Source: Patescibacteria group bacterium
GTDB taxonomy: Bacteria; Patescibacteriota; Patescibacteriia; UBA9934
Assembly: GCA_041659765.1 (NCBI GenBank)
Contig: JBAZXR010000001.1
Coordinates: forward strand, 467,338 to 531,337
DNA: 64,000 bases
Direction of reading: 5' to 3'
Each line of letters starts with the position of its first letter. Positions within the stretch are counted from its first letter, which is position 1. The position numbers and the translations under genes are program-made. This document shows, piece by piece, positions 48,066-56,824 of this stretch. The notes beneath the pieces were generated by a model. That model was not told the origin of the DNA and did no database searches. It was given only the letters and a program-made list of their open reading frames with translations.

Positions 48066-48756
48066 AGTACCTTCCGCACTGAACTTCGTTGCCGTTGGAA
48101 ATTATTTCGGCAAAGGGACCCGTCGATAAACTGATGCGGAAGAAACGGCTTGAAAGTTTAAAATCTATGCCAGTCGGTGTGTCTGTCCAGTAGGTCACGA
48201 TCCTGCCCGTGCGGGCGTCTACAATGGCGAAGCCTTCATGTTTCTGAGCGTCGTCAGACGGCATGCCCCAGCGAGACACCACGTAAGCGCCGGCGAAGTT
48301 TACCCCGCGAGCGACGTCTTTGGTGATGGCGGTGCGATACCTTGCGGCGTCAGGCCATGTCGAGAAATCCGGCCGGTGCGGGCGGCCTTTGTAGAATTCT
48401 GTGGCGGGATAGTCAGCAAACTCGCCTTGCACGCCGTAGCCGCACTCGGGAGCGGGATCGGTGGCGGGAGCAGTCGAGTAGTCGGAGGGAGTGACGAGAG
48501 GAACGGGAGAGGGCGTAGGTGGGCGTGTGTCTTGTGTCTCAAAAACAACGAGTTTGCCACCGGGAAAGACGCAAGTAGGTTTTTGAGCATTCCATAGCCA
48601 CTCCCCGCCCTGCTCTTCGCAGGATGACCGATAGGAGGCCGAGGTTGGTTCGCCGCCGGTGAAAAATTTAAAAAGAAGAACGAAAGCAATGAGGCCGAAA
48701 AAGACGGTCGGCGACAAAAGTTTAACCCAATGTTTGTCCGGCATTTCCCAGGTCAT
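48064..48756 (-). CDS. Hypothetical membrane-anchored protein (GC-rich)
   Basis: TM VFFGLIAFVLLFKFF, Pro/Thr-rich linker, Cys pairs; likely start MPDKHWVKLL. Confidence 0.5.
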   Translation of the reverse strand: MTWEMPDKHWVKLLSPTVFFGLIAFVLLFKFFTGGEPTSASYRSSCEEQGGEWLWNAQKPTCVFPGGKLVVFETQDTRPPTPSPVPLVTPSDYSTAPATDPAPECGYGVQGEFADYPATEFYKGRPHRPDFSTWPDAARYRTAITKDVARGVNFAGAYVVSRWGMPSDDAQKHEGFAIVDARTGRIVTYWTDTPTGIDFKLSSRFFRISLSTGPFAEIISNGNEVQCGRY

Positions 48757-49816
48757 GGATACACTCTACCGCCGACACAAGTTTTTCGTCGAGTTCAAAC
48801 GCGAACAACTTTCCTGCAGCTTCCGACAGATCCGCTCGCTTCAGGTCATCGTGCGAAAGTTTTTGGATTACTTGAAGAAGGTTTTGCGGAGTTGCGCCTG
48901 GAGACAAGACGAAACAGGCGCCGCGAGATTCGACAGCCTGCGCGTTTTGTTCTTGATGCGAACCAGCGATTGGAATCAAGATGGTCGGTTTCTTGAGTGC
49001 AGCTACTTCCATGATGGTTCCCATGCCCGCACGGGCGACGACGACATCCGCAAGTGCATACGCATCAGCCAGCGACTCGCCCAAAAACTCAACGGCTTTA
49101 TAACCGTCGCCGATCTTTTCCAGAGCTGGCAGCATCTTGCCCTTCCCCGTTAAGTGAATAACATTCGCGGATTTCACGAGCTCAGGACCAATGGTCACAA
49201 ACATGTCGTTCATGCTAGCCGCGCCAGTACCGCCGCCAATAATAAGGACTGTTGGCAATGGCCGATGAAGCCCAAATCTTTCGCGAGCCAGATGCGCTTC
49301 GCCGAGCAACATGGACTTCCTAACGGACCCACCAGCCACCTCGGTCTTCCCTTTTGGAAAGACTGAAAGATTTTCTGGCCAAGTGACGAAAATCTTTTTC
49401 GCAATTTTTGCCATCAGTTTGTTGGCAATGCCCGGCGTCACATCAAGCTGCTCGATTACCACGGGGATTCCAAGAACCTTCGCCATGAATGCGACAGGCA
49501 CACTCACGTAGGCGCCCGCGCTTACAACAGTCAACGGCTCGATATCCTGGAGCATCGAGTATGCCTTGATCGAACTCACAATAAATTGCGGAATAATAAA
49601 CGGCAGCGTCCAAAGTCTAGTACGGTCCAACTTGGGCGCCGAGAGCACTCTAAACTCGTAGCCGTCACGCTCGACCAGTTCTCGCTCGGGTCCCTCCGGC
49701 GTACCGATCCAAACAATTTTCACCTCCGGATTTCTGTCACGCAAAAGCCGCGCCGCTGACAAAAGCGGAGTGACCGGACCAAGCGTACCTCCACCGGTGA
49801 ATAAAACGGTTTTCAT
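48722..49816 (-). CDS. murG: UDP-N-acetylglucosamine--N-acetylmuramyl-(pentapeptide) pyrophosphoryl-undecaprenol GlcNAc transferase
   Basis: Start at MKTVLFTGGGTLGPVTPLLS; GT28 N- and C-domains (HQEQNA). Confidence 0.85.
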   Translation of the reverse strand: MKTVLFTGGGTLGPVTPLLSAARLLRDRNPEVKIVWIGTPEGPERELVERDGYEFRVLSAPKLDRTRLWTLPFIIPQFIVSSIKAYSMLQDIEPLTVVSAGAYVSVPVAFMAKVLGIPVVIEQLDVTPGIANKLMAKIAKKIFVTWPENLSVFPKGKTEVAGGSVRKSMLLGEAHLARERFGLHRPLPTVLIIGGGTGAASMNDMFVTIGPELVKSANVIHLTGKGKMLPALEKIGDGYKAVEFLGESLADAYALADVVVARAGMGTIMEVAALKKPTILIPIAGSHQEQNAQAVESRGACFVLSPGATPQNLLQVIQKLSHDDLKRADLSEAAGKLFAFELDEKLVSAVECIHDLGNAGQTLG

Positions 49817-50904
49817 ACCTCTTTCATCTCCTTCGAAATATTCAGGAGTATCCCCGCTGCCGTTAAGCATACCGCAAGTGACGTTCCGCCGTAGCTGACA
49901 AACGGGAGCGGTACACCGGTGATGGGCAGAACGCCAACCATGGCGCCAATATTCACGAACGCTTGAATACCGATCCAGGCCACAATCCCGACAGCGAGGT
50001 ATCGGCCAAAAGCATCAGGCGCCTTATCAGCGATCGTCAGGCCTCGCCAAAGAAAGGCGACGTAGAGGACCAGAAAAGCCAAGATAAGAATAAAGCCCAG
50101 TTCCTCACCGGCCACGGCAAAAATGCTGTCGCCTTCTACTTCTGGCAAATACTGAAACTTCTGCACACTATGCCCGTAGCCTCGGCCAAAGATTCCACCG
50201 GAACCAATGGCGAGCAAGGCTTGGTTAATATGATAGCCAACCCCCTGCGGGTCGAGCTCTGGATGCAGGAAGGTCATGAACCGGGCGGCTCGATAGGGTG
50301 AAAACCTTATCAAAAGCCAAAATAAACCGGCGCCAAGTCCGCCAAAGATAAAAAAATATCTGAGCGGCGCCCCCGCCACAAAATAAACGGCCAGCGACAT
50401 CGCAACAATAATGGCCATTGATCCGGTATCGGGCTCGAGAATTAAGAGGCCCATCACAATGCCAAGGATGGTCATGAACGGAATCAGTCCGGTATTTATG
50501 TTGTGCAAATCGTCCTTTGATCGTTTCTCCATCCATGCCGCAAGGTAGATCAAGAAAGTAAGTTTAACGATCTCAGACGGCTGAATGGAAAAACTGCCAA
50601 GTGTAATCCAACTCTTAGATGAACCAAAGTCAGCCTGCAATCCGGGAACGAACACCAAGACAAGAAGACCAATCGAAACGAGCAACATGAGAAACGCATA
50701 ATCTCGGTAAAACGAGTACGGAATCCGGGAAGCGATAACAGCGCCAATGACACCCGGAATGAGACCGAAGATCACCTGGTGCTTCAAAAAATAGTAGCCG
50801 TCGTGAAACTTATCAAAGCCAAGCGGCCAGGACGCAGATGCCAACATCGCCAGGCCGAAGAGCACGAGACCGGAAAGCAGGACCAAGAGTGTTCGGTCCG
50901 ACAT
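49813..50904 (-). CDS. ftsW: SEDS-family peptidoglycan glycosyltransferase FtsW/RodA
   Basis: 10 TM helices, SEDS motifs; sits between mraY and murG. Confidence 0.85.
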   Translation of the reverse strand: MSDRTLLVLLSGLVLFGLAMLASASWPLGFDKFHDGYYFLKHQVIFGLIPGVIGAVIASRIPYSFYRDYAFLMLLVSIGLLVLVFVPGLQADFGSSKSWITLGSFSIQPSEIVKLTFLIYLAAWMEKRSKDDLHNINTGLIPFMTILGIVMGLLILEPDTGSMAIIVAMSLAVYFVAGAPLRYFFIFGGLGAGLFWLLIRFSPYRAARFMTFLHPELDPQGVGYHINQALLAIGSGGIFGRGYGHSVQKFQYLPEVEGDSIFAVAGEELGFILILAFLVLYVAFLWRGLTIADKAPDAFGRYLAVGIVAWIGIQAFVNIGAMVGVLPITGVPLPFVSYGGTSLAVCLTAAGILLNISKEMKEV

Positions 50905-50906
50905 AG

Positions 50907-51977
50907 CTAAGAAAAGAAACTTGGATCAAGAAGGGCAAGGATCAGGCCAATTCCGGCGCCGATCCACGAAATTACCCAAAAGCGCATGACCACTTTTGGC
51001 TCTGGCCAGCCCTTGGCCTCAAAGTGATGATGAATAGGCGCGATCAAAAATACTTTCTTCTGCAAAAGTTTCATTTTGACGAGTTTCTTCGAGGCGATCT
51101 GAATCAAGGTGGTGAGCGCTTCGACTACAAACACGATACCGATGATCGGCAAAAGGGCTACCGTGTTTGTCAGCATCGCCACCACTCCGAGCGTGACCCC
51201 AAGACTCATTGCCCCTGTATCCCCCATAATAAAACGCGCCGGATAGATGTTGAACCAGAGGAAGGCAAGCGTCGCGCCAACAATGACTCCGCACAGGGCG
51301 GCCAGTTCAAATTTACCCTCGAGCAAAGCAATAATGGCGTAGGCGGCAAAGGCCGAGGCGAGCGTTCCACCAGCCAGTCCGTCAAGCCCATCAGTCTGAT
51401 TAACGGAGAACGAAGTAGCGACAATGACGAGGATAAAAAGGAGAATGTACCAAGGTCCAATGGAAATATCGCCGGCAAAAGGAATGTGGAGCGCGTCAAA
51501 ACCAAGTTTAAAATAAAACCACCACGCGCCGATAGCCGCAATAATAGTGTAGAGGACTATTCGCTCGCGGAAACGAATTCCGCCACCGTCAGGACCGATC
51601 TTCAAGATATTAAATAGGTCGTCGACTATACCCACCAAACCAGCGGCCACGAGCACGGCGAGCGGGAGCCAAGTCTGTGAGCGCGTCAGAAAACTTAACG
51701 GAGCAAGAGGGCTGCTGGGAAATAACCCGGCGATCAAGGCAAAAAATAAGGCCAAAAACAGCGCCGTACCCCACATGAGAGTTCCGCCCATAGTGGGCAC
51801 GCCAGCTTTCTTTTTGTGCAGCTCCGCAAACATGGGCGCCTTCACCGCGCTCCGAATACTTTTGCCTAAGCGGTACTTATACAAAAAGTGCGTTAAAGCC
51901 GGCGTCCAGGCTATAGCCACGACAAAAGCTAAAGTAGAGAGGAGGAGTATTTTGCCAATCGCGAAGGGATCAACCAT
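50907..51977 (-). CDS. mraY: Phospho-N-acetylmuramoyl-pentapeptide transferase
   Basis: GTLMWG, VDDLFNILK, DGLDGLAGG, HHHFE motifs. Confidence 0.9.
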   Translation of the reverse strand: MVDPFAIGKILLLSTLAFVVAIAWTPALTHFLYKYRLGKSIRSAVKAPMFAELHKKKAGVPTMGGTLMWGTALFLALFFALIAGLFPSSPLAPLSFLTRSQTWLPLAVLVAAGLVGIVDDLFNILKIGPDGGGIRFRERIVLYTIIAAIGAWWFYFKLGFDALHIPFAGDISIGPWYILLFILVIVATSFSVNQTDGLDGLAGGTLASAFAAYAIIALLEGKFELAALCGVIVGATLAFLWFNIYPARFIMGDTGAMSLGVTLGVVAMLTNTVALLPIIGIVFVVEALTTLIQIASKKLVKMKLLQKKVFLIAPIHHHFEAKGWPEPKVVMRFWVISWIGAGIGLILALLDPSFFS

Positions 51978-52362
51978 ACGAGATGTTCAAGAGGATAATG
52001 AAGATGGTAGCCACAAAGAGAATCGATTCTATAAACAAAGTGGCTCCGGCCGCCATATATGAAAGTGCCCGCTCGCCCTTCATGAAATAACGAATCAGTC
52101 CCATATTGAGTAACAGCATAACCAATCCAATCGTTGGCACAGTATAAATTCTCCACCATTCGCCGATGGTGTCTACGCCAAAATGAATATTGTAGTGAAG
52201 CGGAACCGCTGTTTGGCCGTAAACCATGGGCAACACCCGCCAAGAAATAAGAGCGATCTCCGTCAGGATCAACAACACACAAATGATAGGCACGAAACGA
52301 AAAAAACCGACGCTCCAGAGCCGTTGATCACTGCCTTCGTGCAAGGTAAATAATGAGCGCAT
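51970..52362 (-). CDS. Small hypothetical membrane protein (3-4 TM)
   Basis: 130-aa hydrophobic ORF filling the gap upstream of mraY. Confidence 0.4.
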   Translation of the reverse strand: MRSLFTLHEGSDQRLWSVGFFRFVPIICVLLILTEIALISWRVLPMVYGQTAVPLHYNIHFGVDTIGEWWRIYTVPTIGLVMLLLNMGLIRYFMKGERALSYMAAGATLFIESILFVATIFIILLNISYG

Positions 52363-52365
52363 GTG

Positions 52366-52593
52366 CTAAGCAACCTGAACCACTTCTTTAATTTGAGGCA
52401 CCGTTTCATGCAACATGACCGCCACCCCGTCTTGAAGCGTAACGGCCTGGAGCATACAAGAAGAACACATACCCGTAAAACGAACCTTCACCACTCCCGA
52501 AGCTTCGTCACAATCCACTAATTCTATGCCCCCGGCATGGATTTTAAGGGCTTCTGACACCCCCAAAAGGGCCTTTTCAACAGCTTCACGCAT
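52366..52593 (-). CDS. NifU-like (Nfu) Fe-S cluster scaffold domain protein (75 aa)
   Basis: MREAVEKALLGVSEALKIHAGGIELVDCDEASGVVKVRFTGMCSSCMLQAVTLQDG... (CxxC Nfu motif). The track extension to 52845 overlaps rpmA and is rejected. Confidence 0.6.
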   Translation of the reverse strand: MREAVEKALLGVSEALKIHAGGIELVDCDEASGVVKVRFTGMCSSCMLQAVTLQDGVAVMLHETVPQIKEVVQVA

Positions 52594-52620
52594 AGCATTT
52601 TCATTATACACCTCTAATCC

Positions 52621-52649
52621 TTGACTAATTATACGGTTTCGCGTAATCT
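52621..52649 (+). promoter_or_regulatory. Promoter TTGACT-N17-TAATCT for rpmA
   Basis: ttgactaattatacggtttcgcgtaatct, 23 nt upstream of ATG. Confidence 0.5.
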
Positions 52650-52672
52650 TCCGCCATTCGTATTTACTTTCT

Positions 52673-52945
52673 ATGGCACATAAACTTGCCCAAGGTTCTA
52701 CAAGAAACGGCCGAGATTCGCAACCCAAGCAGCTTGGCGTTAAGCGTTCTGATGGCACCACCGTCAAAACCGGCGAAATTTTGATCCGCCAGCGCGGTAC
52801 CAAAATCCACCCTGGAAAGAACGTGAAAGTCGGTACCGACTTCACTATCTACGCCATGAAGGACGGCGTAGTAAAGTTCATGAAGAAGCAATCCCCGAAC
52901 TTCGTGGGTGCGCTCAAACTCCGCACTTACGTGTCCGTTGTCTAA
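52673..52945 (+). CDS. rpmA: 50S ribosomal protein L27
   Basis: [51 protein letters not shown] matches the bL27 consensus. Confidence 0.9.
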   Translation: MAHKLAQGSTRNGRDSQPKQLGVKRSDGTTVKTGEILIRQRGTKIHPGKNVKVGTDFTIYAMKDGVVKFMKKQSPNFVGALKLRTYVSVV

Positions 52946-52957
52946 ATACTCCAAACC

Positions 52958-52987
52958 CAAAAACGAGCCCGAAAGGGCTCGTTTTTG
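52958..52987. terminator. Bidirectional terminator aaaaa-cgagccc-gaaa-gggctcg-ttttt
   Basis: Perfect 7-bp stem, GNRA loop, symmetric A/T runs. Confidence 0.7.
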
Positions 52988-52993
52988 TATCGC

Positions 52994-53075
52994 GGGCGGG
53001 AATAATACTGTCGCGATGAGGCTGCTTAGTCGGTAATCCGACGACAGCCGAAGAGCAACAGTATTATTCCCGCCC
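52994..53075. repeat. 82-bp composite palindrome (18-bp perfect outer arms gggcgggaataatactgt / acagtattattcccgccc with nested inner hairpins)
   Basis: The right arm encodes the last codons (LTGRE*) of pyrG; inner ggctgc..gcagcc and gtcgg-taatc-cgac stems. Confidence 0.6.
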
Positions 53076-54683
53076 AGTAAGGAGAGCCACAAAGAGCGGG
53101 TGTGGAGCTAGCGGCCGGCTTTGGAACTCGGGGTGAAACTGCACGCCTACAAAGAACGGATGCTCTTTGTGCTCGATCATTTCTACGAGTGAGCCGTCGG
53201 GCGAGGTGCCGGCAATTATCAAACCAGCCTGTTCAAGCTCGACGCGAAAAGTATTGTTGAACTCATAGCGGTGACGGTGTCGCTCTGAGATCGTCGTGCG
53301 CCCGTAAGCATCGATTGACTTCGTGCCAGGTGCTAAGAGACAGTCATAGGAACCGAGGCGGAGCGTTCCGCCGTACTTACCCTTCTCCACATTCTCGTCC
53401 TGTCCCGGAAGAAAATCAATCACCGGATGACTAGTCAATTTGTCGATCTCGGTCGTGTTCGCATCAGCCCAACCGAGCACGTTCCGGGCGTATTCGATAA
53501 CCGCCAATTGCATGCCGTAACACAGACCGAGGTACGGAATCTTGTTCTTGCGGGCGAACTCGATGACTTTTATTTTCCCCTCGATGCCACGCGAACCGAA
53601 CCCGCCAGGGACGACGATCGCCTGGAGATCTCTAAGCGATTCTAACTTGTCCGGATTCTGATCAAACTCTTCAGCATTCAACCACTCGATCACCGGTTTA
53701 ACGCCAACAGCCGCGCCAGCATGCTTGATCGCTTCAAGCACCGAGAGATACACGTCCGATAACACAAAGTCGCCGGTAGAAAAATACTTGCCAACCACGC
53801 CCACGCGGATTTCCTTTTGCGCCGATCGAATCTTAGCCGTGAAGGCGTTCCATTCCTCCAGCTTGTTGCCGTGTGGCATAAGGCCAAAGCTGTGCAGAAT
53901 CTTCATGGCGAATTCCTGACCTTCAAAGATATCGGGAATGTCGTAAATGCTTTTTACGTCCGGAGCGGAGATAATATGCTCGGCCGGAACAGCACAAAAC
54001 TGCGCGATCTTTTCCTTACGAGGCTTATCGATCGGCATTTCTGAGCGACCAACAATAAAGTTTGGAAGAATTCCCGTACCGTTTAACTCGCGTACGGCGT
54101 ACTGAGTAGGCTTCGTCTTCATCTCACCAATTGATCTCGGCACCGGCAAATAACTAACGAGTACAAACTGCACGCGGTCGCGTCCGAGCTCGCCCTGCAT
54201 CATGCGGGCAGCTTCAAGGAACAAAATGTTCTGGTACTCGCCGACCGTCCCGCCGACCTCGATAATCGTAATATCGGCCTGTGCATTTTCTGCTGCAGCT
54301 TTGATTCGTCGGATGATCTCCTCGGGAACATGTGGAACTACCTCCACACACTTCCCGCCGTACTCTAGATTCCGCTCGCGGGCGATGACCGATTGGTAGA
54401 CTCGACCCGTCGTCATGTAGTTGAGACGAGTAATGTCTTCGTTTAAAAAGCGTTCGTAGGTTCCAATATCTTGATCGGTCTCGTCGCCGTCGATGGTTAC
54501 AAAAACTTCACCATGTTCCAAAGGATTCATCGTTCCCGCGTCTACGTTTACGTAAGGATCGATCTTCATCATCGTAATTTTGTACCCTTTAGCCTTAAGT
54601 GTAAGGGCCAAAGCCGCACTCGATGTCCCCTTGCCCACACCACTCATGACTCCGCCCACAATAAACAAGTAGGAATGTTGCAT
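53064..54683 (-). CDS. pyrG: CTP synthase
   Basis: N-terminal synthetase domain (GGVMSGVGKG), C-terminal GATase (GLCYGMQ, HPEF). Confidence 0.9.
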   Translation of the reverse strand: MQHSYLFIVGGVMSGVGKGTSSAALALTLKAKGYKITMMKIDPYVNVDAGTMNPLEHGEVFVTIDGDETDQDIGTYERFLNEDITRLNYMTTGRVYQSVIARERNLEYGGKCVEVVPHVPEEIIRRIKAAAENAQADITIIEVGGTVGEYQNILFLEAARMMQGELGRDRVQFVLVSYLPVPRSIGEMKTKPTQYAVRELNGTGILPNFIVGRSEMPIDKPRKEKIAQFCAVPAEHIISAPDVKSIYDIPDIFEGQEFAMKILHSFGLMPHGNKLEEWNAFTAKIRSAQKEIRVGVVGKYFSTGDFVLSDVYLSVLEAIKHAGAAVGVKPVIEWLNAEEFDQNPDKLESLRDLQAIVVPGGFGSRGIEGKIKVIEFARKNKIPYLGLCYGMQLAVIEYARNVLGWADANTTEIDKLTSHPVIDFLPGQDENVEKGKYGGTLRLGSYDCLLAPGTKSIDAYGRTTISERHRHRYEFNNTFRVELEQAGLIIAGTSPDGSLVEMIEHKEHPFFVGVQFHPEFQSRPLAPHPLFVALLTGRE

Positions 54684-54701
54684 AAAAAGAAGAGCCGACC
54701 A

Positions 54702-55121
54702 TTAGGCCGGCTCTAGGGTAACCTTTATTTGTGCTTCGAAGCCAGAGGAGAACTCCACAGGGACATCTGAAGTTGTAAAGTTGTTGAGTTGTAAAGTTTT
54801 AATAGCGTCCTTAGGCACAGTGTAGCCGAGTTCCTTCAGCCCCTTTCTGATCTCGGTGGCAGTGACTGCGGACTTTGGTTTGCCTTTGACCGACTTCACC
54901 GGGATGACAACCTCGAGACCGTCAATCTCGGCTGCCAGTTTCTCTTCTGCCAGTTCAGCCTTTGTTGGCTCTTGGCTCTTGATCTCCTTTAGTGTCTTCT
55001 CTCCGCCCTCGACAGCAAGGTGCTGAGGAAACAAAAAATGCGTAGCGTACCCTTCCGGGACTTCTACACTTTGGCCTTCGGCGCCAAGCGACGCGACGTT
55101 TTCCAAGAGGGTGACGAGCAT
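54702..55121 (-). CDS. rplI: 50S ribosomal protein L9
   Basis: MLVTLLENVASLGAEGQSVEVPEGYATHFLFPQHLA aligns with bL9 N-terminal domain (MQVILLDKVANLG...VKAGYARNFLVPQGKA). Confidence 0.85.
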   Translation of the reverse strand: MLVTLLENVASLGAEGQSVEVPEGYATHFLFPQHLAVEGGEKTLKEIKSQEPTKAELAEEKLAAEIDGLEVVIPVKSVKGKPKSAVTATEIRKGLKELGYTVPKDAIKTLQLNNFTTSDVPVEFSSGFEAQIKVTLEPA

Positions 55122-55621
55122 AGGCGTAATGCCTTCTTGATTATACCAAGCATATCCTTGTAGCTCGAACGTTTAAGCAGTTCATCGGCCGGGACCCAGG
55201 CTACGTCCTTAATGGTCTCCCCCTGTTCCTGCGGCGCTGGTTTTATCAGGATGGCGTCCGGATGGGCTTCGAACAAGAAATAGTGGATGTACTTATGGAT
55301 CAGGCTGCCCTTATGGACGAAGCGATCGCGGAACCAGATGTCGATCGTGTCGAGTCTGGCGATGGTTCTGAGGCGCGTGAGTCCCATCTCTTCACGAATC
55401 TCGCGCACGGCCGCTTCCCGGTAGCGCTCGTCCAGCTTCACATGGCCTTTGGGGAACGCCCATTTGCCGTAACTATCCACGACCATCGCAAAGACCACGC
55501 CGGTTTTTGTGCGCTTGAAAACTAAGCCTCCAGCGGAGACTTCCGTGCGGTGCTTGCCTCCTCCTGGCTTATTTCTTGAGGAGATCGATCGCCTTTTGAA
55601 GTTGGGGGTCTCGGTTTGCAT
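55064..55621 (-). CDS. NUDIX hydrolase
   Basis: Nudix box GHVKLDERYREAAVREIREEMG; coordinates from the track imply 58-nt overlap with rplI and 53-nt overlap with the peptidase gene, so the true start/stop is uncertain. Confidence 0.6.
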   Translation of the reverse strand: MQTETPNFKRRSISSRNKPGGGKHRTEVSAGGLVFKRTKTGVVFAMVVDSYGKWAFPKGHVKLDERYREAAVREIREEMGLTRLRTIARLDTIDIWFRDRFVHKGSLIHKYIHYFLFEAHPDAILIKPAPQEQGETIKDVAWVPADELLKRSSYKDMLGIIKKALRLCSSPSWKTSRRLAPKAKV

Positions 55622-56795
55622 GTAAGTCTTCTACCGTAAATGGGACAACCGTGTCAGGCATGATGCCTTCTTTATCAATCGACCGGCCAAGCGGAGTCAA
55701 CCAGCGAGCCACGGTAATCTTCACCGCGCTGCCATCTGGCAAATCATGATATTCCTGAACCGAACCTTTACCGAATGTTTTCTCGCCGACCAAACCTGCA
55801 AAGTGATAATCCTGTAAGGCACCGGACAAAATTTCCGAAGCCGAGGCCGAACCGCCGTTCACAAGCACCATGGTTGGCATCTTCGAGAGAAGATTGTTTC
55901 CGCGGGCAATTGTCTCGGTACGCTTGCCGCGCACTTCTTCCATGACCGCGGTTTTACCATCCATCCAATAACCGGCCAGATTAATTGCCGAATCGAGCAG
56001 ACCACCTGGATCATTCCGCAGGTCCACAACCAAGCCCTGGGCATTTTTCTTCATGATGTCCGTTACGGCGTCAGCAAACAATTTAGTTGTGTCTTCGTTA
56101 AAGATCGTCACGGTAATCACCGCGATGCCATCATCACGCATTTTCCACGTTACACTCTTCACGGAGATTTCATCGCGAGTAATCTCCACTGTCTTTGGCG
56201 TCTTTGCGCCTTTAGAAAGAATCACGAGCTTCACTGACGTGCCCTTTTCACCGCGAATCTTTTTCACTGCCTCATCAACACTCATGCCGGTAGTATCGAC
56301 CGTATCAATCGCCAAAATATGATCCTCAGCCAAGATGCCGGCTTTATCAGCCGGCGTCCCCGGCAGTGGGGCGATCACGGTAATAAAACCGTCTTTATCA
56401 AGGCCGATCTGAGCGCCGATACCAAAAAACGTACCGTCCAGTTCGTCATTAAACGCTTGCGCGCTCTCCGGATCAAAAAATGTAGAGTAGTGGTCCTGCA
56501 AACCAAACACCATACCATCGAGCGCACCGTAAAAGAGATCTTTATCTGAAACTGGCTGGTCAACGTACTGTGATTTAGCTAACTTCCAAACATCCCAAAA
56601 CATATTAAAGTCCACGTCCTTCAGGGCGAAAGGCGGGAGTGCGCCCATGTTAGAGATGGTATCGGAGCTTGGAGCAGCCCCGCTGACAGACGGCACTCGG
56701 CCGGCAATAAAGCCCCCAGAGAAAACCGCCGCGGACCCGACTACCAAAATAAGTGCCTTAAAAGAATGGGGCAAAGAAGAGGGAGACATTCTCAT
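55569..56795 (-). CDS. C-terminal processing peptidase (S41 family, CtpA-like) with PDZ domain
   Basis: Signal anchor, PDZ region, GGLLDSAINLA and LVNGGSASASEILSGALQD S41 motifs. Confidence 0.85.
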   Translation of the reverse strand: MRMSPSSLPHSFKALILVVGSAAVFSGGFIAGRVPSVSGAAPSSDTISNMGALPPFALKDVDFNMFWDVWKLAKSQYVDQPVSDKDLFYGALDGMVFGLQDHYSTFFDPESAQAFNDELDGTFFGIGAQIGLDKDGFITVIAPLPGTPADKAGILAEDHILAIDTVDTTGMSVDEAVKKIRGEKGTSVKLVILSKGAKTPKTVEITRDEISVKSVTWKMRDDGIAVITVTIFNEDTTKLFADAVTDIMKKNAQGLVVDLRNDPGGLLDSAINLAGYWMDGKTAVMEEVRGKRTETIARGNNLLSKMPTMVLVNGGSASASEILSGALQDYHFAGLVGEKTFGKGSVQEYHDLPDGSAVKITVARWLTPLGRSIDKEGIMPDTVVPFTVEDLHANRDPQLQKAIDLLKK

Positions 56796-56824
56796 AGATT
56801 TCTAAGCCATGCTACCATACTGAT

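Noticed and set aside
46130-48066. Integron gene-cassette array
   Set aside because: Each ORF has its own promoter; no attC-like 60-130 bp imperfect palindromes and no intI in the window.
52366-52845. Full-length 159-aa ORF on the minus strand
   Set aside because: Its N-terminal 84 codons overlap rpmA (clear bL27) antisense. Only the C-terminal 75 aa from MREAVEK carries the NifU-like domain.
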